Assembly: GCF_031769215.1 (NCBI RefSeq)
Contig: NW_026782025.1
Coordinates: forward strand, 1-64,000
Length of the DNA: 64,000 bases
From: Ylistrum balloti
Lineage: Eukaryota
Direction: 5' to 3'
In this document: positions 37,701 through 51,680 of the stretch, in pieces
Layout of the letters: each line of letters begins with the position of its first letter
How positions within the stretch are numbered: position 1 is the stretch's first letter
Notes under the pieces: generated by a model
What the model was told of the DNA's origin: nothing
What the model saw: only the letters and a program-made list of their open reading frames with translations
Databases searched by the model: none
Translations under genes and position numbers: made by a program

Positions 37701-40700
37701 GTCACTTCAATCAGACGTGCAAATGTCTTTAAGATGGATATTTCAACAACATTAACAAGGAAATACCTCAAAGTCGACATAATATGGCGATTTCTCTTTG
37801 CCTGCATCGTTCTGTGGCTAGTAATGTATTAATGGTTTGATGTCATCTATATTGCATAAGTGCAAATGAAATAAACAACACATGTCATATTCTAGCATTA
37901 AATATTAGCAAACAATAATAATCCATATCCATAACGCAATTTCAATTTTACTCTCCATGTTATGTAATATGTCATTGTTTATACACCTTATAGGAGGCTA
38001 CTTTCGCTTTAAGGAGGATTCATTCACTTCAACCACTATAAGTGTGATACTTTGGCGTCATCGCAGGTTTACGAAACACATTGGTCGTGCTGCACCTTGT
38101 GAGCGAATAAGGATTGTTAATTTTGTCTGAGTGATGTCTAGAATTCAGTCATTGATATCAGGAGTATTTGTTAACTTTTCAAAAAATCCTTTTCGTAGTC
38201 ATAAACGTGATCCTTATAGACGTCAAACATATATCGCAATACCTGATAGGAATTAACCTTGTTGTATTTGTTTTTTTATTTACAAAACATAATATGATTC
38301 TTCCGATACAAGGGGAAATCCTAATTACTTTGTAAGGTTGACGTTTAGCTCATTGTTACTGACACGGCTCTTTTCTTGAGAACTGGATATTCTCATACTG
38401 GTTTAGATTTGAGTACTCCGGTGTTGACACAAATGTCTCCACACCAAGATTATTAATTGTTGATCTCAAAGTACTCTGTGAAAATATATACCTGTTATTC
38501 GTTATATAAATATCAAATGATTTAATGGTCTTCCGAACACTTATATGCCATCCATATTTCGTTTTTTATTTTGTAAGTAGATTTCTATTCGTAATAGTGT
38601 TAACTCAATTGTCATTAGTTTTATTATTAGTGGTACGCATTCGGTAAACGTTTAATGTTCAGAAATACCATGACAATAATAGTATTTCTCTTTTCAAATC
38701 ATCATTAGCGTTTTTATTCTTTTTCTTTTAACTTCGATTAGTCAAGAGTTTATAACGTTGCCTGCCTTTCGCTATAGGAACTTTGAAAACATTCTTTCAA
38801 TGTTGCAGACAAAAATTGCCTAAATTTGATAGATTGGTGCACGAACCTTTAGACCAATAATATCGTGCATTGAAGGCGCAGTTTTCATCTTGGATCAGTG
38901 TCATAAAGCCTGAAAAAGGAACGGGTCTTAATCACTATGATATCTTGCATGGACATATGACATTTCGTCAATAATATCACGCTGAACAGATGAAAGAGGC
39001 GTGAACATATTCATTGCAATACTTCATAACGCTGGAACAAGATTGCGTGGGTTTGCCAAAATTCACCATACTAAATAACTGTATGTTACGAGCTTTCCGA
39101 TGATTAAACTTACATTTTGTATACGATTAGAGATAACATTATTGATATACAAATATCACCATATTGTTCAAGACGTCATCGCTGATGATAGTGACATCGC
39201 ATTTCCTTTTGATTTCATCTAAGTGATGAAAACCTCTTAGAGATCGATATTTAAGATAATGGCTATTTTATACCGCAGTCTGATTGCAAAATGACTTTGT
39301 GTCGTTGTTGTAAACTTTTTTCTCAGTTTCATAAGGCGGAAGTCGACGATGAAACTGACTCTTTGTTATTACCGGGTGTTATTCACTTTATATTCTCTCA
39401 AATGTCATTCATTTCTATCCCAAAATAAGTTTATATGTCCAGTTTATGTAAGACCATCTCACTGTTTATGTCACCTCACCTTTACGACCACCTCTCAATT
39501 CAGTTTTAAAGCCCACATACAAGTTTTGCATTGATGTCCAATTAACCTTTAATAACACTGACAATCCATGCACGATGTTATCTGGTGTTTATGGCAATCG
39601 TATACTGACAAGTGTCAGATCTTTTATCTATTTTTAAACGTCAAACTAGATACTCAGAGTTAATGAGTATTCAGACCACCCTGATAATAATAGTTGTTTA
39701 GACCCTATAATAGCTTTGATACTGAACATTCGGCGAAGTCATCAAGCTTGTCTAACGTTCATTTGCTTATACAAATGCAACCTTAGTTCGTTTAATTGAT
39801 TTTGAGCGTTAATAGCATGTGAGAGTTACGTCTCTCTTCACGATAAAAAGTGCAGCATTTAATCTGGCTTTGACATAAAAGTAAGTATGTAAGAATATAT
39901 AAGCAAGAAGAATAGGTATTATGAACGATATATCTAACAACAAGAGTATTAGACACATGAAACTAAATTGTAACTATATTAACCAATTTGTTACAATATC
40001 CAACCCAGTCAACATAAAACACGCATTGCAGTTGAAATTCATTATGCAACGTTCACAATGTTGAGCTGAAGAAAAAATCAGACAGATGGCAATTGCACAA
40101 AAGATAACAAGATATGAATGTCACCTTTAGAACACAATGTGTCTGCTCATTTAGTTCATTAGTTTGTTGCAGAACGTAACATGTCTGCTAAAACTGACAG
40201 TATTACAGTGCTGAATCATCGATCTCTGATGTTTTGTAAATTGGTTTTTGGAGGTTGTTTTTGTTAACTGAATTTTCTTTTTGTACGCATGTTTTCCTTT
40301 TCTCGTTGAAAGTCATCTTAATTCAGAAATACCAACACATTTACAAATTTTATACAAAAGGTTAGTGTTATGAATGCCAGCAGAGAATGTCAATGCTTGC
40401 TTCTAGTAACATACTGCTTAGAATCTTATTGGGGCATAAGGCATGAATTGTATCCTGCGGGTAGCAATCTTATATTGTCATTTATATGGATAATAACAGG
40501 TGAGAAAATCTTTAATATGCAGTCTTCGTTGGGAAGTAATCTTCAAGAAACTGATTGTCTAGTATTGCAAGACGATATATATAGTAACAACAGCCTTGCG
40601 CATGTCCTACAAGCAGACAAATAAAGTATGGATAAAGCATTTGATTCTGTTCGGAGCAGCTGTGTATTGTTAAATATTAAATTTCGTGGTTTTTTTATTT

Positions 40701-42962
40701 TCGTCGAATTTGTTGTTACCTTTCTATCTACGAATATTTGTGTCAACGACATAATAATCAAATCATCAGAATTGACATTTTAGTACTAGTAAAATTCTTG
40801 AGCAAAAGAAAAAAAATGAATCTTTGTAAAACCAAGAACTTTCAGCCCAACAAAAATACATTATAGTAACTAATTTTAAACAATATCTTAGAATAGGGCA
40901 TAATCGAAATAATTGTTACAATGCCCTTTTTCAATCTTTCTGTTAATGACTTCCACTGATCATTTCCTAGATAAAGGTAACAAATATCATCAAACCTATA
41001 GTTTAAAAAATGCTATATTTCCCCCACTAGAATTTCAACTGATTGGTCAATTCTGGTTAAAAAATGTTTATGACCTTTTTTCATAGAGATTTTTACATGT
41101 TTTCGGTTTTGGATTTTTTGAGATTATTTGATAAACCATGTTTTATGCCCCAATTTCATACGAGTTGAGAAACGATTAGAACATGATTTTAAAGCAGCAA
41201 ACCCTGCTTTATATTATCTCCAATGTCTTCTCTCAGATGAAGCCAATTACTTTACATCTTATCGTGTATTATACACCTTACTCATGAAAAAGTGTCCAAT
41301 TAAAATTTTTGAGGGATACTGATGACATACTCAATACGATTAACTCCGGATGTTTTTATTGTACCAAGGTTCTGTCTGCGATAAAGGATTTGTCTTTGAT
41401 TTGAATGAACTTCAAATAAAACTGCATGATTTTAATTCAACCATTTGAAATTGTACTAATATATTGATACTGATCCAATTAAAATTAATTTAGGTATGTA
41501 GTTATCGTCGAAAACATCCTAGCGTTTGTCTCAAAATCTTCTTAATCCAAGTGATTCCGCCCCTGATAAACATCTTTCAACCATAGAATGTATTCAATTT
41601 GTAAGTTATTATTGACTAATGAGCTGAGAGAGTTGGGAACATATTTGTACAGCTAATCTAATACCTAATACTTGAATCTGATGAACAAAAAATCCCTGAT
41701 AATATCTGATTGTTTAAGATCTTCATGGAAAGTCTTTGAGTATGCTATTGTTAAATGCTTCCATCGTTATCAGTTAGTAATATCTTCTTTTTTCTAGGCC
41801 AAACTAATTTTCAATTCAATAATTTGATAAATATGTAATGTATTTATCAATCTGCCTCTTTGAAAATAAAAGAATTACAAGTCTATTTTCTTTTTGTATT
41901 ATCTAAGGCTTCAAGAGGAATGTCGAAAAAAGTAAATTACATAGTACGAGAAATAGGGTATTTTAGATTGTAAAGATGACTATTTGGTATCCAGTTTAAC
42001 TCAGATAATTAAGTTTTGAGGCAGACGTTACCAAGGGATCAGTTCTTGGGTCATTGTTATCTTTACTAATGACACTGCTGATAAAGTCACTTTCTACATG
42101 TAATCGTGTTCCGTTTCCACAGATATTGTAAATGTTAGGAACGATGACCTTGAGTTCATAGACAGACAAAATCAACGATACCCCTTAACTAAGTTGACGT
42201 ATCGTTTATTTCTAATTTGGAATATATATTGTAAATTGAAACTACGTCTAAATAGAACAATGTTTATACCCTGAAGTCACATGACATGGTGCGTTTCTAG
42301 AAAATGCATATGATATATTTAGCAGCAAGTCAAAACTGGTATAATTATAAAGTAATTACCGACGAAATGTGAAATTGCTATATGTTTTTTCCAGAAATAC
42401 CAAATAAATGCATAGCGTCTTTTGTGCATATATTTGAAACAGCTGATATTCATATGATAAATAAATAAAACCGTTGCCGTTGTACAAGTCTATTGAGGTT
42501 TTCTTAATGAACTTGACACAAGTGTCTCACAAACTTGCTAAACGCAATGCTAAACGTTGTCCGGCTCCTGAGATTTAAGTCGAAAATCTGGGGTAGTTGT
42601 ACTTGAAAAGATGTAGAGTGCATTTAGTGAAAAAACGTTAATTGAAAAAACAGTTAAAATTTGAAGTGCACATATGATTGAAAATGCAATTGGATTTCAT
42701 CGGTGCACATGTTCTTGTCGCGTTGGGAGTAATAATGGCATGTATTTGACGCTAAAACGCATTTTTATGAAAACAGTTTTTAAATTAACATTTTTTTCGT
42801 GAACTACAGAATATTAATCTGTAAATGTCATACCAAACCGGGATGACCTTTATCCTTTCTTGTCAATAAATTACATCAACGTAAATACCGTAACCGCCCT
42901 GGTGGAGATCGAAGATAAAAGTAACAGCTGAAAACTACTCACGTCGTCTCTTTTGTCTACAG

Positions 42963-43102
42963 AAGACATCCCTGTTTTATTGTTTCGTGACGAAAACAAA
43001 TTACCTTTCCGTGACTGCGTTGCATTCTATGTAACAAACAGTTACCCATCGACTCATATATCAGTGGCACATACACAAAGTGTTGTCATTAATGGATATC
43101 AG
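42963..43102 (+). CDS. Candidate internal exon of an unidentified + strand gene
   Basis: A strong acceptor (CGTCGTCTCTTTTGTCTACAG) is followed by 140 nt open in phase 1 to 0 (EDIPVLLFRDENKLPFRDCVAFYVTNSYPSTHISVAHTQSVVINGYQ) and the donor CAG|GTAGTT. No homology recognised. Confidence 0.3.
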
Positions 43103-43789
43103 GTAGTTATACACTCAAAATTCTGTGTTCAAAAACTCAAAAGAAAATCCAGTTTACATGGTTTTTGTATTATAGTAGAGATGATGTTTCACAAATATTT
43201 TCAGATTATACCAGCATGTTTTCTGGTTGAATGTAATAAAAAAAATAATAAACATTGGCGGAAAGAATTTTAGCGTTAATCGACTTTATAGCCGATGATA
43301 CATTCCCTTGACATGTGAAATTTAGAACATGTTACGCTAGGGTATTCAATCATAGGTCAACTTCTGTGCTACAAACGAATGACACGGGTCTTTCTGTAAT
43401 GGTAAACTGAATGGCACATTGTACTCATATTTCTTTTAGTGTAGTTTTACCTTGTACGTAGCTTACTATCGATCTCAAGTGGAGTTTTTTTTCTATGACT
43501 CGACGCCAATATGCAGGGCATATTTTAGATACGATCTTTCAGACTACCCCCTTCACTAAACTGATATTGTGGTAATACCTGAATATTAAAAGTTCGGTCC
43601 TTTACTCTTCAAAACGTGTCTACATCAGCCTCATAAATTGTTTTGTACTCTCAGGAAACCAACAAGAACACCTTTCCACCAACTGCAATATTGTGAACGT
43701 TCTATGTTTTAGAGAATATAAAGTCTACATCCCTATGTTACAGAGCTTACATGTCGTAATTGATTCGATCTTAACACTGCCGACAGTTG

Positions 43790-43970
43790 ACAAACTCAAC
43801 CAAGACTATAGAAAGACACAAACTGAGGAAGACTACGGGGAAGTTTTGTGGTCGCCTCAGTGATCCCGTTGAGGAATTCCATCTCTTTGTACGATATGAC
43901 GTTAGACATGTCCATTGAACATTGGTTTATATGACTGGTGCCGTTGTTAAAGAAGAAGACGCTGCCTTGT
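43790..43970 (+). mobile_element. C-terminal ORF remnant plus partial 3' motif of Naiad-type Penelope-like element (copy 4)
   Basis: With one frameshift it reads KLNQDYRK/KLRKTTGKFCGRLSDPVEEF, resembling KLL.QGY..KLRK...KFYGRH..LV. It is followed by GACTGGTGCCGTTGTTAAAGAAGAAGACGCT, the 5' half of the shared 3' motif. Confidence 0.6.
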
Positions 43971-44284
43971 GTTTTTCTCTTTGTCATTGTCAAGGGTATC
44001 GGTGCAATGTTTGCTCATATTTTACCATCATTTTATTGAGTTTGAGTTAGGATATTTATGAACATATCGGTAGTCTGTTCTTTTGTTTCCTTTTTACAGA
44101 ACTTGTGGCACCGCCCATGTCCTGCATGAGAAGTAGTTAGGTACTAACGATATAAAGAAATGACTATAAATATGACCTTGGGCTACAGATTGAGAAAAAT
44201 ACGCTGTCTGATCATGGCTTTTAACAGTAGATTTATGGTTTCGTTGAAGGTTATTCTCGATCGATTTTATTTCCTTTTATACAG

Positions 44285-44344
44285 ATGTCCATTCCTGTTT
44301 ACCGTCAAAGTGAAATACACATCCAATGAAACAGAAGAAAGTCG
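44285..44344 (+). CDS. Candidate 60-nt symmetric micro-exon
   Basis: The acceptor is TTTTATTTCCTTTTATACAG. Only phase 2 is open (CPFLFTVKVKYTSNETEES). The donor TCG|GTATAT is weak. Confidence 0.22.
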
Positions 44345-47300
44345 GTATATGCCTACACCATATGCACTATTTGTTGTTTTGAACTTTATTGTTGAACGTT
44401 TATTTCAGTGTTTGTAACTGAAGGCACCAATTTCGATATAAAAATCTTCTGCGTTCAGGAGTTGTTTGGAAATCATAGCTTATTTTCGTGAAAAAGATGT
44501 TATCTCTTACTAGATTTCCTTCGAATGTACACCACACCAATACCCTGAGAGTTAATGTGTAATTTTCTTTTATATTAAACCGCGCGGTGATAGGACAGTG
44601 ACACAGACCAAAATCATGTGCAGTAATGTAGAATGAAAGCCATGGATTATAGAGCCACGGATAGACCTGGGTAACGACCCAAGGATATCAAATACTCGGA
44701 AAAGGAAAGTATTCAGATGATAGATAAGATAAAACTTGGACAGACGGAGTAACATACCCATACACCACATGATATGATATGGACAGTTCTGGATACTGAA
44801 GGGATATAAATCAGACACAGAGTGTACTTACGTAACCAACAGCCTCAACAATGATACAATAAAGACGGATCAAGGAAATACATGGAAGACGTGGCAGACA
44901 CAGTCTGTACTACGGTAAGGAGAAGACATTACCAACAGAATATTTATGGTAGAATATTAACGTGTAGTTTTAAAAGTTCCATACAGTAAGGGATTGTACA
45001 AGGGCGATAAAAACACAATATAATTGTAATGAGTATTGTAGAGTTTCAGGTGATGATAACCAACGGAGTCAAAGAAGCATGTTTCATGAACTTAGTGACA
45101 GGGACCATATTTAACCCTGCGTACAAGCCACATCGATCCGCTCCTTCTACAACACCTCAAAGAACAGGCACAAAACCTACACTACGGCAGTTACATGTAG
45201 AACAGCATACAAAACATGTGGAATAGGGATAGTGCATGTCACAAGAGGGACACGTAAATGATATACAGGAAAGAGTCGCGTTTAACAACTACAGGTAGAT
45301 TAGAGATATGTCAAGATGATACCATGACATGAACTATAAAGACATACCGTGATTAAACAAAGGATATTCAGGACGGACAAAGAGTATACAACGGCAGGTC
45401 AAATTTGGACTGAACCAAGTTACTAACGGTAAAGTAAAAGACAAAGAAAATAAAGTTGATACCGAGGCAGCAGGAAAACTGACAGAGACAGGTAAACCGA
45501 AAATGATTTCAAAGGAACAGACACAAAAAAGTATAAAGACAGATTTAGAACATAGAAACTACAACAGATGATCCAACCCTGGGAACAGAAAATTTTAGAC
45601 GGCATCTGTTAGATGTTCCTAGATAATCCATTTAACAATATGTAAAGTTCAAAGTCTTTCACGAACAAATAGGTTGTGATCAAATTTATACCTCAACACA
45701 GTATATTCGTCTTTTTCTCCTGGGAATTTGAAACCGTCATTCTCGTTGGACCGTACGTTCTACTTAAGTAATCGGAAACGTTTATTTTTGTAAATCAAAT
45801 TTGGCCGCAACTGTGTGTTGTCTTCAGTCAGACTACAGCAACATACGGGGCCTAACCTATCTTCGTCGCATAAAATTGAAACCACATGCACCTGTCGTTC
45901 CGAGTTGAAGGCTAAGTTGACATTTTAAAAGTCTAATGATCATATGAGGTTCAGTAAATCTTGACACGGCGATAACAATTCCATGAACAAAGTGCGTCAT
46001 ATTCTATATCTGATATAGCCGAGATAATATACATATCGTTTCAGATCCAAGGGTCGTTTGTTTTAAATTAACGGTTTTCTCGAGGTGTCATCCATTGTGA
46101 GTTAAACAAAAAGAAGAACATAGAAAAGGACTTAAACTTACAAAAAAGTACTATATGATATTTGGTAAAGGTAAGGTAAGTGTAGCTAACTTTATCGTCA
46201 AAACAATGGATCGGTTGCATTGCTTTATGTATTTTGTGAGACACGAACGAATAGTAACGTACACCTGTACTAAAAACAATTAGAGTTCTTATAAAGTACA
46301 TGGGCTAATGGGTTGATATAGAAGAAGGCGTAAAACGATGCAGAATATACACCGTATTAATGTCTATATTTAAGGTATATCTTCTCTATTACTGGTGCAG
46401 TCTCATGACATATCTACCCTACGTGTTTGGTCGTTACATCAATATATATTGTAATGAATTTTCCATGACGAAAACGCACTTCCTCTTCCGGTATTCTGAG
46501 AACGCATGACAGACTACATTTTGTATTTGGACACGGTTATATAAAGCAACGAGAACTGTAATGGTGCTTCGCTCCTTTATCAATCAGTTATAAGTCAACA
46601 TTTCGGTGAATTATATAAAGTTGCATGCAATCAAATACCAAATCGTTAAACCGTATAATAGATGATATAGGGAGACCGTCAGCTATTGAAGCTGCACATG
46701 CGATGTCTAGAGTATTCCAGTGACAGAAATGGGCCAGGGGTGGATTATCAATGTCTGCCCTAAAGCGACCCCGACGTTTCGATTTCTAGTTTACAAATTA
46801 ATAGACAATGGAATAAGGTCTGTTTCAATCCTGCTGTCTTTTCAAATCGATTGTCTGCATACAGTGCGTACATGAATTTCAATTTATGGTGAAGAGTTGT
46901 GAGATATGCATTGCTTCGAAGATCGTAAAGAAACAAGAAAGTGTCAGTTTTAAATTGTGTAAAAGGATGTCATGCCCTAACAGTATACGGGACAATTTCA
47001 TTTACACCAACAGTGTGATTTAATGCAAATACATTACAAATGACACTTCAATGAAAATATGTTGAAAGTTGCACTTCAGATAGTTTGACTCGAAGTCAAT
47101 TTTGCAAAAAAAGTCCATTTATTTTTATTCAAAACTATTGCCATGGGATCCGATTTATTACGTGACATTCTTGATAAGTTGACTAGGTAATATAAAAAGA
47201 AGCCCTCTAAACAATTAAAGTGACATATGAAGCGCCCCATTTATATGGGGGATTTAACTCTAATAGTGGATGTAAAGACCAACGTGTCTCAATGTACTAT

Positions 47301-48608
47301 GGATATTGTCAGGATTTAAAGTTATAAAGCACCGGATAAGTAATATACCCATGCTTAATGTAGTAGGTTGAATTCTGGTGACTGTGACATCCCTTTCACT
47401 AGTGTTTGAAATTCAATTCGACCAATTTGGATTAATCTTATTTGCTTCGCGGAATTTAGGCATCGAAAACACTGTTAGGTACAACACATATCAGTTTTAA
47501 AATAACAGATACATGAAACAGAAATACAGGAGTACAAATAATAAAGAAATGTGGATATGAAAAAAAAAGAAAAAGAATAAGACTGCTTTGAAGAACAGAC
47601 AAGACCCGGATGATAGAGATTGTAACTAGCATCAGCTATGCAGAAAGATACTGGGACAAGCAGAATAACAGCAACAAAGGCCAGAGAGATTACACTGTGT
47701 ATTAAGAAAAATATGTTTTTATTTCTCATAACATATCCATTGACTTTTAAAATTATTTTTAAAATTCATTTTCTAGAAAAATAGATTATTACGTGAAGAA
47801 AGGCACGTCATTGTTATGAACGAAATTTAAGTAAAAAAAAATACAAACAAAAAAGTGAGAAAATCATGAAAATAATTATAACACTGTTAATTTAGTTTCG
47901 AACTTCAGGTCATAGAATGTTGGTCACCGAGCCCTCTTTTTAATAGGAAGAATTAATTCACCAAACACGTTTGGGAGCTAGACACAAATATCATTTTCCT
48001 GTTGTGTTGAGATTGCCCAGTTTAACACCGTTAAAAATCAGTCATCTAGGACATGTTTTGGGAAAGTAGAATGTTATGCACCTCAGAGTGAGCTTAATTT
48101 TATACATACGATATATCAACGTTTGTTACATGTAGTGATTGGATTTGTTGTTTTTGTTCTTTGTCACAAAATCTTAAAAGCTTTGCTTACAGTTAAGACT
48201 GTTCAAGATATTGCAACTATGAATTTCAAAACACACGAGGAATGGATTGTAGAATATAGATTCGGCAATAATAAAATCAAAACTTACAGAAACTTTAGGC
48301 TCTGTCAATATGTCGTCATCAATTATTCATAGAAAATATGAGGGCAAGGATATGTATATATGCCATGACCTTTGTCAGTTAGCCTCGCCCCTATCCTACA
48401 GGTGACGTAAAGGGCAAGAGTTCCCTAAAGTGTCACTGACAAGTACATGCATGGTCTCTGCCTTATTGTATTCCAGTATTGCTGAAAATTGGATGTGGCC
48501 TACATAATACGTTACTATCTACAGAGTATAGTTATATCTCGTTCCTTTTCGGAAAACATTTCGTTTCGCTTTTGTCCTTGGTTTTTGGTATTGAGGCATG
48601 TTTATCCC

Positions 48609-49160
48609 TTTTTACCCCACAACCCGAAAGGGTGTGGGGTATTGCAAACACGCACGGCGTCCGTCCTTCTGTCGGACTCGCCGTCTGTCCGTCCGTCCAC
48701 AATTGCATACCACTTATTATCTCAAAAACTACATCACTGGTCATCACCATTTTCACTGGGGATGTTGGGCCTATGGACCTACACAACCCTATTGTTTTTC
48801 ATTACCGCGCGATATCCAATATGGCGGTTACGGGCGCCATCTTGAATTTGTATTCCGCTCATTATCTCAAGAACTACAACACCGGTGGTCACCATTTTAA
48901 CTGAGGATGTTGTGCCTATTGACCTAGACAACCCTATTGTTTTTCGTCGGCGCCCGATATCCTATATAGCGGTTACGGCCGCCATCTTGAATTTGCATTC
49001 CGCTCATTATCTCAAGAACGACAACACCGGCGGTCACCATTTTCGCTGGGCATGTTGGGCCTAGGCACCTACACAGCCTATTGAGATTCTTCACAAGCTC
49101 AGCCCTGCACTCAACTTTATTATAAGGCTGTGGGGTATTGCCCGCGTTTGCGGAGCTATT
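48609..49160 (+). mobile_element. Complete non-autonomous Helentron/DINE-1-like element (HINE) with internal 145 bp tandem repeats
   Basis: All diagnostic parts are in order: a T-rich start; a 5' subTIR/IR hairpin TACCCCACA(48613-21)-ACCCGAAAGGG-TGTGGGGTA(48633-41); a GTCC/GTCT microsatellite (~48658-48700); 2.5 copies of a 145 bp unit (starts 48716, 48861, 49006); a 3' subTIR TGTGGGGTATT (49129-39); a terminal hairpin CCGCGTTTGCGG; then TATTTTTT. Confidence 0.88.
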
Positions 49161-51032
49161 TTTTAAACAATAAAACAGTGTTTGAATGCTCGTCAGCAGA
49201 GAATATGTGTATCTACTTGTGCCATCTAAAACGTTCAAAGTGAAGTGAGTGAACTGGAAGGGCAGACATTTTCAGTGATGCACGATGTATATATTGGTTA
49301 ACTTTAACTTGTAGTACTTCCAGCACATTTCTATCATCCCTTTCACATCAAACTCAGGCTCAGGTGTCATTTCAAAAGTAGCGTCAAGTTAAACAATAAT
49401 AGGCAGATAAAAATATAAAAAATAAAAGAAATCATCAAACACCGGCTAGAGTAGAAACAAAGTCTAAAGGAATTTTCTACGTGAAGGAAAGATTTAGTCC
49501 CCAACTGTGTCCAATAACATGTACTTTTACAAAGATTGTAACTGAGACCATATGGGATTTTAATTGTCTACTGATATTTTGTCCAGTGGGTGTTTGCTAA
49601 TATATACAGACAGGTGGCGTGAGTTTGGGCACTTAAAATTCCGTCTGAATCTTAACATGTATGTTACATTATTTCTGTTCCCTAGGTAATTTCCACAACA
49701 ATGAAAGAACACAAAGTATCCTGTAACCGGGACTGTTCCTGACATAGTAAATACTGGCTCAGACTAAGCACGTCCGTTTCCTAGGAATTTTAATGGTTAG
49801 CAATATCTGCTGCTTATCCAAGTTAACAAATGGGACGCTGTGAGATGTTTTATTCACGAAATCATCCGATTTTCGGATTTGTTTTACACAGTTGCAATGT
49901 AACTGTATTTACATATGATAACGGTAAAAATTATTGAAAAAGTCGTTTGATTAAGAAATAAAGTATGCATGTATCTATATATGGATATTGATAAGTTGTA
50001 TTTGATGCGGGCCCAGCTACAAGTTGCATAAGTATGAGGACAGTTCATTTAGATTCATGAGGCCTATTCCATATGCATTGTTATAATCAGATACAGAAAT
50101 TGATAATTCAGAAATTAAAAGCCCGGATAATTTTTTTTTGCAAATTTTCAGTTTCCATAAATCTTCAAAAATGTACAAAATAAAAAGCTTGAAAGGATAT
50201 AAAAAGCAGGAATCTTAGGTTCGTAAAAAGTAAAATTGTACAAAACAGAAACGCATTCCATAAAATCCGCAGCAGTAATCCCTCTGGAGAAAAACCTGAA
50301 TACGAAAATGACATTTCGCATTCTTCAAATATTGTGTTTGTTTGTTTGTTTTTCATTACATCATATTAATAAGCATAGGATGAAATATTAAAACGTTTGT
50401 AAACAATGCCATTTCGAATTCAGTCTGACGATACTATCTTAAGCTATTGAAATGAAAGAAATGTAGACATGCAATATAAAAAAATCCTGTATTTCTGTTA
50501 AAAATCCATAATATTAAAATCTTAAACGTCAAATTAACTTTCTTCTGAATATTATATTTATATATTAGAAAAGACGGATTTGTCCTGTCACGTGCAAAAT
50601 AATCTGTTTCATTTCCGCTAATATGACGCGGGTCGTGATGACTTCCGGTTTTTTTTTTTTTTTTTGTGGTGTTTCTCAAGTTCTGGTGTTAGTACTGACA
50701 TTTGAATTCTACTTTTGCATACATATATTTCTCCTCACGTTACGTTGTGTGGTTCGGTACTTATTCACGGCCACTACCTGGCGACTGCCCCACACTTCTT
50801 ACTGGACGCTAAAGACTGACATTTGCGTTTTAGTTCGGTATATTGATATAACATTGGTACGGTCTATTTTTTGTACAATCTATTGTATTAAAACGTTTTC
50901 ACTATATATACAAAGTTAAACTTTTATATGAACAGAGTGTTTCACATCCTGATTTCTCTTATCACAAGCATAGATCGATAACCTCACAGAATATTTTAGG
51001 TTCATGTAACGTTCATGTTTTTCCTATTCCAG

Positions 51033-51086
51033 GTAATTCTGATCCGCTGTTCCAAATAAACAAATCATACCTGACCGATTTTGAGA
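51033..51086 (+). CDS. Candidate 54-nt symmetric micro-exon
   Basis: The acceptor is TTCATGTTTTTCCTATTCCAG and the donor is GAGA|GTGAGT. Only phase 1 is open (GNSDPLFQINKSYLTDFE). No homology recognised. Confidence 0.3.
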
Positions 51087-51609
51087 GTGAGTATATGAAT
51101 ATATTGTCAGTATGTGGACTATGGTTCAGAACATTTGATTTATTTCATATTTATTTTATCACTTCCGTTATATGCTCAAAAATATGTTATTTTCTCATCG
51201 AATATTTCGGATATACCTCGAAAAATGCTCGATAATCATACATGAGTACTTGTCTGACAGCTTGTCCGGATTGTCACTATTTTTCTTCTGATTCATAACA
51301 ACAGTTACCGAACAAAAGAAATTATGCTTTATCACTATTGATTTTAATCAACAATGCATTTGCATCTCATCTTTTCGCTATAATGTCGAACTGAGCAAAT
51401 GCACCCCAGATTAGCTAAGTCCAGATGAGAGCCTAGAATTTAAAGTTAGATTGCGACTTTGCATATTAAAACGTTGCAATGTGTCGATACTTCATACTCT
51501 ATTTAATTTCCTTGTGCAGTATGAAGACGTGCTTAGTGCTCGCTATTGTGCCTGGCGATTCCGTACTTTGTTCTTAATTTGGAACGTGATCTTCCTTGGA
51601 ATGTTCAAG

Positions 51610-51680
51610 ACTTACCAGGCGAGTGTCGTGGATAAAGAAGGCAACGCTAACACTCCCGAGACACCTGGTTTTACACTCCT
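51610..51680 (+). mobile_element. Penelope-like 3' motif (copy 5, diverged)
   Basis: GGCGAGTGTCGTGGATAAAGAAGGCAACGCTAACACTCCCGAGACACCTGGTTTT aligns with the other copies. Confidence 0.55.

Noticed and set aside
37598-37832. SL-repeat and RE-repeat ORFs
   Set aside because: They are translations of the (GA)n microsatellite.
44570-45600. Purine-rich segment resembling a LINE 3' end
   Set aside because: There are only scattered weak matches (for example GNTWKT), too degenerate to call.
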